From NCBI RefSeq assembly GCF_000008465.1, contig NC_006512.1, forward strand, positions 1,650,001 through 1,682,000: DNA of 32,000 bases, given 5' to 3'. Below the pieces are notes generated by a model. The model was not told where the DNA came from and made no database searches. It saw nothing but the letters and a program-made list of their open reading frames with translations. Below, piece after piece: positions 19,917-28,130 of this stretch (the stretch's first letter is position 1; every line of letters starts with the position of its first letter). A program made the position numbers and the translations under genes. This DNA is from Idiomarina loihiensis L2TR (GTDB lineage Bacteria; Pseudomonadota; Gammaproteobacteria; Enterobacterales; Alteromonadaceae).

Positions 19917-20323
19917 AAGTCTTTTTTTCGAAGTGCTTTTTTCTGTCCCTGCTGCTTTTTAGTGGTTAGCCGTCTTTCTTTAGCCGAGCGGCTGGGTTTC
20001 GTCGGAATGCGTTTTTTCTGAACCTGAGATGCGCTGCGGATTAAATCAATTAGTTGTTCAAGTGCCAGCTCTCTATTACGTGCCTGACTGCGAGTTTCCT
20101 GAGACTTAATAATCACCTTTCCGCTTTGAGTAATACGGTGGTCAGATTTTTTCAGTAATCGGCTTTTATAAAAGTCGGGAAGTGAAGAGGCCTGAATATC
20201 AAAAATGAGTTGAGCCGCAGTTGCTACTTTATTCACATTTTGCCCACCCGCTCCACTGGAACGGATAAACTGCCATTCAATTTCGCTATCTGCTAACTCA
20301 ACTCGTTGTGAAATCTGAATCAT
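19913..20323 (-). CDS. arfB: Alternative ribosome-rescue factor ArfB (YaeJ), peptidyl-tRNA hydrolase
   Basis: 136 aa with a GGQ motif (SSGAGGQNVNKV) and a basic C-terminal tail (KKRIPTKPSRSAKERRLTTKKQQGQKK). Confidence 0.9.
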   Translation of the reverse strand: MIQISQRVELADSEIEWQFIRSSGAGGQNVNKVATAAQLIFDIQASSLPDFYKSRLLKKSDHRITQSGKVIIKSQETRSQARNRELALEQLIDLIRSASQVQKKRIPTKPSRSAKERRLTTKKQQGQKKALRKKDF

Positions 20324-20365
20324 CTTTCTCTTTATGACCGATAAAATTAAACAATTTTACCCACA

Positions 20366-20608
20366 TCACTCAGCGGGCTGGATAAAGTTATCTATGCCTT
20401 CTTCTTTCAAAGCGTCAAGGGCTTCAGCAAGCGCATCGTCTTCGTTCTCAAACGCATCTTCCCAAAGCGTTGAATTATTATTTTCATCAACAATTTCCAG
20501 AATCCAGCCACTGTCTTCGGTACGATAAATATCAATTTCCACACTCTTACCGTCAGCACTGTATTGTTGAGTATGTTTGCTTTGAGTCACTTGCTGTTCT
20601 TCGTTCAT
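20366..20608 (-). CDS. Hypothetical small, highly acidic protein
   Basis: 80 aa from the ATG at 20608; the track start at 20653 is GTG. It is rich in D and E (DENNNSTLWEDAFENEDDALAEALDALKEEGIDNF). It lies on the same strand between the serine hydrolase gene and arfB. I recognise no family. Confidence 0.5.
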   Translation of the reverse strand: MNEEQQVTQSKHTQQYSADGKSVEIDIYRTEDSGWILEIVDENNNSTLWEDAFENEDDALAEALDALKEEGIDNFIQPAE

Positions 20609-20678
20609 AATAAGGTCTCTGTATACTTCCGTATGGTGGCAACAGTCTATCACTGTTCAGCTCACCCTGAGGGAGTTT

Positions 20679-22061
20679 TTATAGGGCTTTTAGTACATCA
20701 CGTACAAAGTCATGCTCGTTGAATCCTTGTTCACCAGCAATATCATAACCGCGACGAACCACCACTAAATTCTTTGACGGAATAACAACCAAAAACTGTC
20801 CCCGGTTTCCACGGGCAGCAATAGTATCGTCAGGTAACTCAGGAAAGCGTTCATTATAGAGCCACCACTGCGCACCGTAACCCGGAGCATCTTCCGGCGG
20901 CTGAGCAGGCGCTGGCATACTAATATAGTCCAACCAGCCTTTCGGTAGAATTTGTTCTCCCTGCCACTGCCCTTCCTGTAAGTGCAAAACACCCAAACGA
21001 GCTAAGTCACGAGACGTCGTCCACACCTGAGACGATAAAATAAAGTCTCCGCGCCAGTCAGTTTCGACAAAAGTATGCTGCATTCCTACTTTTTCGAGCA
21101 AAGCTTTATACGGGAATTTTAAATACTCTTCAGTTGTATCAAAACGCTCATGCAGCGCCCTTAACGCCAGCATAGTGTCGTTATTTGCGTATTTCCAGCG
21201 ACTGCCGGGAGCCACTTCAAGTGCCGTTTCTGTTGCCGTGTCGCTTACAAGTCCCCCACCCATATAAACCCGGTCTGTGCGATTTCCTGCGTTATTGCTG
21301 TCTAAACCCGACGCCATATGCAACAGATTTTCTAAGGTAATGTGTCCTCGCGGGTCGAGCGGATGTGCCCAGTTAGAAATACCGGCAGGAGCATCCAGCT
21401 CTATTTTATTTTGCTGAATAGCCGCACCAATAACGCTGGCACCTATGCTTTTTGCAACGGACCAGGTACGCTGTGCCGTCTCAGGGCTAAAGCCTTCAAG
21501 ATAACGCTCAGCAATAATTTCATCCGGCGTCACAATTAATACTGCCGAGGTACGCGAGCCAGAGCCATACTTCTTGGTAAAGGCCTGCTTTAGTACGGAT
21601 TCTAACTGAGCATTATCACTTGTTGCATTAACCTCTGCGCGTTTCCCCCAGGGAGCTCCACTGTCCTTATTCGCTGCTTTATCCCCGCGAAAAGGATCAG
21701 CAAGAAATTTAGCATCATCAACGGTAGCTCCTACCGGTAAATCGACGCATCCAAGTTTTGATCGCCAAACTGAAATTCGCTCCCTACGCCCTTCATCATA
21801 AGGTACCCTGACCCAGTTATTTTCTTTATCAACTTCGGGGGTCATACCCTTTACGCGTTCAGCAATTAAAGAATAAATTCCACTAAGTTCATGCTCCCGA
21901 ACTTGCGCCATAGACTTGTTAGCGTTAAATACGGCACTACAGGTAAAACCCGCAGTATAACCAGCGGCGTAAGCATTTAAGGTTGTTTCAGTTTCTTCCG
22001 CCTGAGTGTACCCAGTTGCCAGCAACATGCTGGCCAGAGTTATTTTTAATGTCTTATTCAT
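20679..22061 (-). CDS. Secreted serine hydrolase, beta-lactamase/transpeptidase-like (class C esterase family)
   Basis: 460 aa with a signal peptide, an SxxK motif (SVAKS), a YxN motif (YAN) and a GNRGQ third motif. Confidence 0.8.
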   Translation of the reverse strand: MNKTLKITLASMLLATGYTQAEETETTLNAYAAGYTAGFTCSAVFNANKSMAQVREHELSGIYSLIAERVKGMTPEVDKENNWVRVPYDEGRRERISVWRSKLGCVDLPVGATVDDAKFLADPFRGDKAANKDSGAPWGKRAEVNATSDNAQLESVLKQAFTKKYGSGSRTSAVLIVTPDEIIAERYLEGFSPETAQRTWSVAKSIGASVIGAAIQQNKIELDAPAGISNWAHPLDPRGHITLENLLHMASGLDSNNAGNRTDRVYMGGGLVSDTATETALEVAPGSRWKYANNDTMLALRALHERFDTTEEYLKFPYKALLEKVGMQHTFVETDWRGDFILSSQVWTTSRDLARLGVLHLQEGQWQGEQILPKGWLDYISMPAPAQPPEDAPGYGAQWWLYNERFPELPDDTIAARGNRGQFLVVIPSKNLVVVRRGYDIAGEQGFNEHDFVRDVLKAL

Positions 22062-22200
22062 TTATCACATACCCGTTGGCTCTTTATCACAGTTCCTCAA
22101 TGTAAGAGCATGATGAAAAAGAAGCAAACCGCCAGAGTCATCCGAATGTTAAAAATTATGGTATATTACTGCGCATTATTTTCTAGATCAGGACAACCCT

Positions 22201-23196
22201 ATGGCAGCCTTTGGCACCGTATTTATGCCACAAATGACGATGGCAACTTTCGAGAATTCAGACTGGAGTAAACCTGAATTAGTCTCTTCTGACGCAATAC
22301 AGTTACACCCCGGAGCTCATGTTCTGCATTACGCCAGCACTTGCTTTGAAGGATTAAAGGCGTTTCGCCATGAAGATGGCTCTATCAATCTATTTCGTAT
22401 GAACCGCAACATTGAGCGCATGCAGCAAAGCAGCCGTTTGCTTTCCTTACCGGCATTTGATGCTGGCTTGCTGCAAAAAATGATTACAGATGTAGTGAAA
22501 CACTTCAGCGACGAAGTTCCAAAACCACCGGGGTCAATGTATATACGCCCTACTCACATTGGTACCGAAGCGGCTATTGGCAAGGCAGCCTCGCCAACCA
22601 GTTCATCAATGCTCTATGTATTGCTATCGCCTGTCGGTGATTATTTTTCCGGCGGCGATAAAACCTTACGCTTATTGCTCGAGGAAGACGGTTCACGTTG
22701 CGCGGCTCATATGGGTATGGTTAAAAGCGGCGGCAACTACGCCAGTGCGTTACAACCCATTCTTCAGGCACGGGAATCCGTGAATGCAGATCAAGTTCTG
22801 TTCTGCCCTAATGGCGACGTACAGGAAACTGGAGCCGCCAACTTTTTGCTTATTGACGGCAACGAAATTATCACCAAAGCACTGGACAGTAGCTTTCTGC
22901 ATGGCGTAACCCGAGACTCTATTCTCACCATTGCGCGTGATATGGGAATGACTGTATCTGAACGACAGCTTAGCGTAGATGAACTACTGGAGCGTGCTTC
23001 AAAACCTGATTGCGAAGCCGCTTTGTCTGGCACGGCAGCGGTACTTGCGCCAGTTGGTACTTTGATTCATAACGGAAAAGAATTTTCTGTCGGTAGTGGG
23101 AAATCAGGCGCTACCACACTGAAATTACGCAAAGCGCTGAACGATATTCAGTGGGGTAAGGCGGAAGATAAACACAGTTGGCTAACTAAAATCTAA
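22201..23196 (+). CDS. Branched-chain amino acid aminotransferase (PLP fold type IV)
   Basis: 331 aa. The patterns HYASTCFEGLKAF and the catalytic-Lys region VKSGGNYASAL are typical of class IV aminotransferases. Confidence 0.85.
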   Translation: MAAFGTVFMPQMTMATFENSDWSKPELVSSDAIQLHPGAHVLHYASTCFEGLKAFRHEDGSINLFRMNRNIERMQQSSRLLSLPAFDAGLLQKMITDVVKHFSDEVPKPPGSMYIRPTHIGTEAAIGKAASPTSSSMLYVLLSPVGDYFSGGDKTLRLLLEEDGSRCAAHMGMVKSGGNYASALQPILQARESVNADQVLFCPNGDVQETGAANFLLIDGNEIITKALDSSFLHGVTRDSILTIARDMGMTVSERQLSVDELLERASKPDCEAALSGTAAVLAPVGTLIHNGKEFSVGSGKSGATTLKLRKALNDIQWGKAEDKHSWLTKI

Positions 23197-23507
23197 CCTT
23201 CCGGCGGCAACACCACCCATTCAGGATCTCTGAATTCACCTAAAGGTGTTATTTCACAAAATGGGGCAGCACTGCGAATAATCTTAGCCACTTCGGAGTT
23301 ATGCTGCCCTTCCATAGCGTCGCGTTTTTCCTTGCTGTCCCACGACGCTATGGCTATTAACGTTTTGTCATCACCGATTTTGCGGTGTAACTCCGTACCT
23401 CGGGCTCCTGGTGCTTGCTGGATTATTTCACTGGCTTTTACCCAAGCCTCTGCATACTCCTCTGCCGTATGACCTTCTTTGATACGAACCTGAAAAATAT
23501 ACTTCAT
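23193..23507 (-). CDS. ABM-domain (antibiotic biosynthesis monooxygenase-like) protein
   Basis: 104 aa with a ferredoxin-like ABM pattern (V.IKEG....Y...W.......PG..G..L........IAIA.W.S...). Confidence 0.6.
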   Translation of the reverse strand: MKYIFQVRIKEGHTAEEYAEAWVKASEIIQQAPGARGTELHRKIGDDKTLIAIASWDSKEKRDAMEGQHNSEVAKIIRSAAPFCEITPLGEFRDPEWVVLPPEG

Positions 23508-23523
23508 AGTTCCTCTTTTAGCG

Positions 23524-23664
23524 CTACTTACGTTTATTCTCTGATTTAACCATTTTTAAGTAAAAGAAAATAGCGTAAAAAACACACATTCCAATAACAA
23601 TCGCTAAGCCTGTAAAAGAAAAAAAGATGACCGGATCTTTAAAAAACTCTTGCCATAAACTCAT
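23524..23664 (-). CDS. DUF3149-like small membrane protein (46 aa)
   Basis: Not in the ORF track because it is under 60 aa. Hand translation gives MSLWQEFFKDPVIFFSFTGLAIVIGMCVFYAIFFYLKMVKSENKRK. This is one TM helix plus a basic tail, preceded by an AGGGGA RBS. The architecture matches the DUF3149 family of small proteobacterial peptides. Confidence 0.6.
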   Translation of the reverse strand: MSLWQEFFKDPVIFFSFTGLAIVIGMCVFYAIFFYLKMVKSENKRK

Positions 23665-23898
23665 GGTTATTCCCCTGTTTGAATTCTTGATTTCAGTTTA
23701 TTCAAACTTGACAATGACGATATTGATCCCAATCAATAACAAGAATAACACTGATTTTTTTAGGGGCTTTTTAGTTTATTCCCATCGAATACCGAAAAGT
23801 ATTCATCTTTACAGTTTGTAAAGCAGTGTAAAAAATTTGCGTATATCCGAATTTGCGTCTTTCCTTAATAGGTACATTCAATAAAAACCGAGGGTATT

Positions 23899-24156
23899 AT
23901 GAGTAACAATCAAGCAAAAGCAGAAGACGCAGTAAACAAGTCAGCAAATAAAGCTCACGACACCATCGATAAAGTGGCAGACGCAGCTAAACATGCATCT
24001 GACAACCTGGGTGAAAAAGGACATAATCTTAAAGAAACTCAGGAAAAATGGCTTTCGACTGCAACTGATTACGTTAAAGATAACCCGATTAAATCTTTAG
24101 GTATTGCGGCTGCAAGTGGTTATTTACTGAGTAGGTTGTTCAGTGACCGCTCATAA
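23899..24156 (+). CDS. yqjD: DUF883 family (ElaB/YqjD/YgaM) tail-anchored stress protein
   Basis: 85 aa. A hydrophilic helical N-terminus is followed by the C-terminal anchor NPIKSLGIAAASGYLLSRLF. There is a GAGGG RBS. Confidence 0.8.
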   Translation: MSNNQAKAEDAVNKSANKAHDTIDKVADAAKHASDNLGEKGHNLKETQEKWLSTATDYVKDNPIKSLGIAAASGYLLSRLFSDRS

Positions 24157-24514
24157 GCAACCTGAAGCGAACGAAACAGAAAGTTTGCTTGAGCAAGTTC
24201 AAGCACTGGAGAGTGAAGTTCGCGGCGTTGTAAAAACACAACTCCAGCTCGCGGGTATGGAAACCCGCAGAGCTGGGGAGAGTTTTGTGCGTATGGTCGC
24301 CTTCGCTGTGCTGGCCGCTTGCTTAGCTTTTACGGCGTGGGCTGTTTTAGTTACAGCTGCTGTAATAGCGATTGTAAATAGTAGTGTAATGTCTTTAACA
24401 ACAGCATTAGTCATTGTTGCCGTCGCTCATTTGGCAGCGGCTTTTTATATTGTCAGATATATAAAACGAAGAAGTCGCGACCTACTGTTTGCAGAAACCA
24501 GTAGCAGTCTCTAA
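24143..24514 (+). CDS. yqjE: YqjE-like (DUF1469, so-called phage holin family) inner membrane protein
   Basis: 123 aa with two TM helices and a basic C-terminus. The GTG start overlaps the yqjD stop by 14 nt. Gene order matches E. coli yqjD-yqjE-yqjK. Confidence 0.65.
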   Translation: MTAHKQPEANETESLLEQVQALESEVRGVVKTQLQLAGMETRRAGESFVRMVAFAVLAACLAFTAWAVLVTAAVIAIVNSSVMSLTTALVIVAVAHLAAAFYIVRYIKRRSRDLLFAETSSSL

Positions 24515-24525
24515 GTGGAGGGCTT

Positions 24526-24822
24526 ATGGCATCAGACCTTGATTATCAAATAGCGCAAACGCAAAAAGACCTTCAGCTTCGCAAATTAGCTGTTAAGGTT
24601 CGTTCACAAAGCGTTATTTCGACAACTCATGACAAACTAGCCTCTCCCACGGCTCTTTGCGTTGCCGCAGGTGCAGGTTTCTTTATCGGAGAAATGGCAA
24701 ATCGGCCGAAAAAGCAGACAAAGTCTTCCGGTGGGAAAAAATCTGCCACAGATAGAGTTATTAAAGTATTAAGACTTATTGCTGGCGTACAAAGTGCCAG
24801 CACTTTTGCAAAACATCTGTAA
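24526..24822 (+). CDS. yqjK: YqjK-like protein
   Basis: 98 aa with a coiled N-terminus and one hydrophobic segment. It holds the third position of the yqjDEK arrangement. There is a GGAGG RBS. Confidence 0.55.
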   Translation: MASDLDYQIAQTQKDLQLRKLAVKVRSQSVISTTHDKLASPTALCVAAGAGFFIGEMANRPKKQTKSSGGKKSATDRVIKVLRLIAGVQSASTFAKHL

Positions 24823-24894
24823 AGATAACCGTAAACTCACGCAGTTCCAGTTATAGTGAGCGTGGTAATAATTTTTAATAACAGGAGGTTACCC

Positions 24895-25335
24895 ATGAAG
24901 AACTTTAAAATGGCACTACCAGCAAGTTTAATCGCAATTTCAATGCTGACACTTTCGGGTTGCAGTGATGCTGAAACAGAAAAAGCAGAGTCGAAAGCTG
25001 AAAGCGCTATGCAGGAAGCTGAAGATAAAACTGAAAACGCGATGCAAGAAACTAAAGAAAAAGCTCAGGAAGCAAAAAGCTACACTGAGCAAAAGGCTGA
25101 AGACGCGGGTGAATATGTTGATGATGCTGTCATCACCACTAAAGTCAAAGCAGTTATATTCGAAGACGACAATCTGAGCAGCATGGATATCAATGTTGAA
25201 ACGAACAACGGAATTGTTCAGTTGTCAGGTTTCGTTGAAAGCGATGCCGATATCGACACAGCAGAGAATCTAGCGGCTACCGTAAAAGGTGTTAAAGACA
25301 TCGAAAACGATATTCAGGTTCGCGAAGAAAATTAA
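24895..25335 (+). CDS. BON-domain lipoprotein (OsmY-like)
   Basis: 146 aa from the ATG at 24895, preceded by an AGGAGG RBS; the track start at 24856 is GTG. It has a lipobox (LSGC), a Glu/Lys-rich repetitive linker and a BON domain (D..I...VK........L....I.VET.NG.V.LSG.V.S). Confidence 0.8.
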   Translation: MKNFKMALPASLIAISMLTLSGCSDAETEKAESKAESAMQEAEDKTENAMQETKEKAQEAKSYTEQKAEDAGEYVDDAVITTKVKAVIFEDDNLSSMDINVETNNGIVQLSGFVESDADIDTAENLAATVKGVKDIENDIQVREEN

Positions 25336-25362
25336 TCATATTTTTTAATACTCCCTGATAAA

Positions 25363-25388
25363 AAGCGGCTTCTTAGCCGCTTTTTTTA
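25363..25388 (+). terminator. Rho-independent terminator after the BON gene
   Basis: aagcggct-tctt-agccgctt forms an 8-bp stem and is followed by a T-run. Confidence 0.85.
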
Positions 25389-25459
25389 TATCCTCAGAAC
25401 TAGAACATCAAGTAAATTACTGATAACTTTACGACATAACAAAAATAAGAATCTAAACT

Positions 25460-26002
25460 ATGTCAAAAGATGAATTTAGCAATCACCCCATAACACCTGA
25501 AGAACTTCCTCAGATAAACTCTCAGTCCTTTACACCATTAAGTAATACCTATATTAAGGTCAACCTAATGTGTCGCTTAATTTTTTGGTTGATGGTGGTG
25601 AGCGCCTTATTAATTCTTTATTGGCAGCCCTGGGTTGCTTTTCCCAGGCTGCTCGAAGTTTATCTGCCCCAGATACAATTAACTGCAGGAGTTTTTGGCT
25701 TATTAAGTTCGGTTTATGGCATTTTAGCTGACAAAAACAAAGGGTACGCTATAAGGGAGCACGATTTTAGCTATCGTAGTGGTGTCATATTCCAGTCAGT
25801 AGTCAGCCAGCCTATTTTACGTATTCAGCATGTTGAATTAAAACATGGCCCCATTGACCGCCACTTTGGACTGGCCAGTCTGGAGATTTTCAGTGCCGGC
25901 GGTGCCATGCACACTTTCGCAATACCGGGTTTACCAGAAAAGAAAGCTCGCGAAATCCGTTCCTACGTACTAACCCATAGCGATATTGCAGCAAATGACT
26001 AG
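25460..26002 (+). CDS. YdbS-like membrane protein with bacterial PH domain (bPH_2/DUF304)
   Basis: 180 aa. Two TM helices are followed by one bPH_2 unit (Y.IRE.DF.YRSGVIFQS....P..RIQHVE...GP.DR.FGLA.LEIF.AGG). Confidence 0.75.
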   Translation: MSKDEFSNHPITPEELPQINSQSFTPLSNTYIKVNLMCRLIFWLMVVSALLILYWQPWVAFPRLLEVYLPQIQLTAGVFGLLSSVYGILADKNKGYAIREHDFSYRSGVIFQSVVSQPILRIQHVELKHGPIDRHFGLASLEIFSAGGAMHTFAIPGLPEKKAREIRSYVLTHSDIAAND

Positions 26003-27503
26003 TTACCAGAATCAATGGCTAAAGCTCTCACCTGTAGCGATTGTTTATTTCGCTGTTCAGTTCATCAAAACCATTGGTAACAACTTATTTTATTTACTGC
26101 CGGCTATTTTTGTTGGCTACAATCAGTTTTCAGAAAATGCCTTGATAATACTGTCAGGGCTTGGTGCTCTTTTAGTCTTTGTTGCCATCTCGGCTCTGCT
26201 CAAGTTTTATTTCTATCAATACCGGTTGAGCGACGGTCGAGTTCAGATTCATTCTGGAGTATTCCAGAAAACGCATATCGACCTCCCCTTCGAGCGCATA
26301 CAGAATGTCCGTTTTGAACAACCCATTTTTTACCGCCCGACGAATCATGTCTGCATGCTTCTGGACACGGCCGGTTCCAATAAACTCGAAGCAAAAATTA
26401 TTGCTTTACCCAAAAACGTAGCCGAGTCTCTAAAACAAGAAATACTCGCTTATAAAACCGAAGATACTCATGAAACAACAGACCACCAACCTCAATCTAA
26501 TGAGGAACGCCTGCTAAATTCCCGCTCCATGCGAGACTTAGTTATTCATGGCCTGGCCAGTAATCGTATCTGGATTGTACTGGGTGCGTTAGCCCCTTTC
26601 TTTAATTCTCTTTCAGACAGGGTTGTTGAAGGTATAGAAAGCTTCGGAGTGGATGTTGATGCGCTCATGGCCTCTTCACAATACGCATTCTGGCAATACA
26701 TATTATTTTTCTTTTCTATCGCCTTTGTTGTTATTGCCCTAATGGCATTAATTTCCGTCTTAGGCTCTGTAATTACCTTCTACGACTTTAAGTTAACCCG
26801 CAGCGACGATCGTTATATTCGTCGCAATGGACTTTTTACCCGTCACGAAGTTGTTATGAAGCTGTCGCGGCTACAAATGATTGCTTTACAGCAAAACTGG
26901 CTTGATCGCGTACTGCAAAGAGTTAACTTGAAATTCGAGCAACTCAATGCCAACTTTGAGCGCCAATCCGCAGGAACTCCGGGCGGGAAAATTATTGTTC
27001 CATCAGTCACTCTCGAACAAGCACATAGCTTAGCAACGGAAACCTGGCCTAATAATCAATTAAGCAGCATAAGCTATAACCCGGTCAGCAAGCGACTCGC
27101 TATTAGAAACACGCTCATCGCCTTTTGGCTGTTTGTTCCTCTTGCCGCCGTGCTTACTTATTTTGCGAAAACGGAGCTGGCAACAGCTTCAATTGCTGCT
27201 TTTGTTCTGTCTACGGCCTTTATCGTTCTAAGCTGGAAACGCCGCGGCTATGCAATTGACAGTAACTTCATTTATCTCAGAAAAGGCCTTATTGGAGTGA
27301 ATTACCGCTGCTTCCCTATTCATAAAGTTCAACAGACAACGTTCTCGCAAAGCTGGTTTATGCGCCGCTTTCAGTTATGCTCAGTAAAGTTTGTCCTGGC
27401 TTCTGGTGGTCAGACTCTGCCTTTTATTAATGCTAGAATTGGTGAAGAACTCATAGACTCCTGCCTTTATCAGGTGGAAGCATTAAAAAAGTCCTGGATG
27501 TAA
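25995..27503 (+). CDS. YdbT-like membrane protein with three bacterial PH (bPH_2) repeats
   Basis: 502 aa from the ATG at 25995, which overlaps the upstream stop (ATGACTAG); the track start at 25986 is TTG. Three bPH_2-like units are separated by TM hairpins. Confidence 0.75.
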   Translation: MTSYQNQWLKLSPVAIVYFAVQFIKTIGNNLFYLLPAIFVGYNQFSENALIILSGLGALLVFVAISALLKFYFYQYRLSDGRVQIHSGVFQKTHIDLPFERIQNVRFEQPIFYRPTNHVCMLLDTAGSNKLEAKIIALPKNVAESLKQEILAYKTEDTHETTDHQPQSNEERLLNSRSMRDLVIHGLASNRIWIVLGALAPFFNSLSDRVVEGIESFGVDVDALMASSQYAFWQYILFFFSIAFVVIALMALISVLGSVITFYDFKLTRSDDRYIRRNGLFTRHEVVMKLSRLQMIALQQNWLDRVLQRVNLKFEQLNANFERQSAGTPGGKIIVPSVTLEQAHSLATETWPNNQLSSISYNPVSKRLAIRNTLIAFWLFVPLAAVLTYFAKTELATASIAAFVLSTAFIVLSWKRRGYAIDSNFIYLRKGLIGVNYRCFPIHKVQQTTFSQSWFMRRFQLCSVKFVLASGGQTLPFINARIGEELIDSCLYQVEALKKSWM

Positions 27504-27504
27504 T

Positions 27505-28092
27505 ATGGAATTACCTTTCTCGCAAGCCTGTGAAAACAACAAAGATCCAATACTCGAGGTTCTTAAAACGGCGTTTTCAGACTGCACTCGAGTTTTAGAA
27601 GTAGGCAGTGGCACAGGTCAACATGCCGTGTACTTTGCCAGCCAACTGCCTAATATTCATTGGCAAGCCAGTGATCAAAAAGAGTACCTGCCGGGAGTAA
27701 CAGCGCGGATAAAACAGGAAGGCGTAACTAACCAGCCATTACCGGTTGAATTTGATGTATTTGCAGACGCACCGGGGGGAACATTCAACGCTCTTTTCAC
27801 CGCAAACACCTGCCATATTATGCCCAAAGAGGGGGTTGAAAGGCTCTTCGAGCATTTGGAAGGTGACCTTAGCAGCGTAGAGCGTTTATGCATTTACGGA
27901 CCCTTTAACGACAATGGCCACTTTACCAGCGACAGTAATCGTGGCTTTCACCAGTCGCTGCAGTCGCGTAACAGCGACATGGGAATACGCGATTGGCAAT
28001 GGATTACAGAGCTGGCCAATCAGCAAGGCTTTGAGCTGAAAAAGATTCACCCTTTGCCGGCCAATAACCAGCTGCTGGAATTTCAACGTTAG
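27505..28092 (+). CDS. DUF938 family class I SAM-dependent methyltransferase-like protein
   Basis: 195 aa. The N-terminus (P.S.ACE.NK.PIL) and the SAM motif I (VLEVGSGTGQH) fit DUF938. The ATG lies 1 nt after the upstream stop. Confidence 0.75.
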   Translation: MELPFSQACENNKDPILEVLKTAFSDCTRVLEVGSGTGQHAVYFASQLPNIHWQASDQKEYLPGVTARIKQEGVTNQPLPVEFDVFADAPGGTFNALFTANTCHIMPKEGVERLFEHLEGDLSSVERLCIYGPFNDNGHFTSDSNRGFHQSLQSRNSDMGIRDWQWITELANQQGFELKKIHPLPANNQLLEFQR

Positions 28093-28115
28093 CCCTTTAT
28101 CAATCAAGGGCTAAC
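28088..28115. terminator. Bidirectional hairpin between convergent genes
   Basis: gttagccctt-tatcaatc-aagggctaac forms a perfect 10-bp stem. It includes the DUF938 stop codon. Confidence 0.65.
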
Positions 28116-28130
28116 GAAGACGAAAAACCG

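Noticed and set aside
22110-22271. 53-aa ORF (MMKKKQTARV...) upstream of and overlapping the aminotransferase start, considered as a possible leader or attenuator peptide
   Set aside because: It has no run of branched-chain codons, no terminator/antiterminator structure, and it overlaps 71 nt of the aminotransferase gene out of frame. It is probably fortuitous.
23627-23821. 64-aa + strand ORF in the DUF3149 / yqjD intergenic region
   Set aside because: It overlaps the start of the better-supported minus-strand DUF3149-like gene and the AT-rich promoter region. It has no RBS and an implausible sequence.
24143-24514. So-called phage holin family protein as a sign of a prophage or lysis cassette
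   Set aside because: It sits in the conserved yqjD-yqjE-yqjK order with no endolysin, spanin or phage genes nearby. This is the chromosomal YqjE/DUF1469 stress-operon member.
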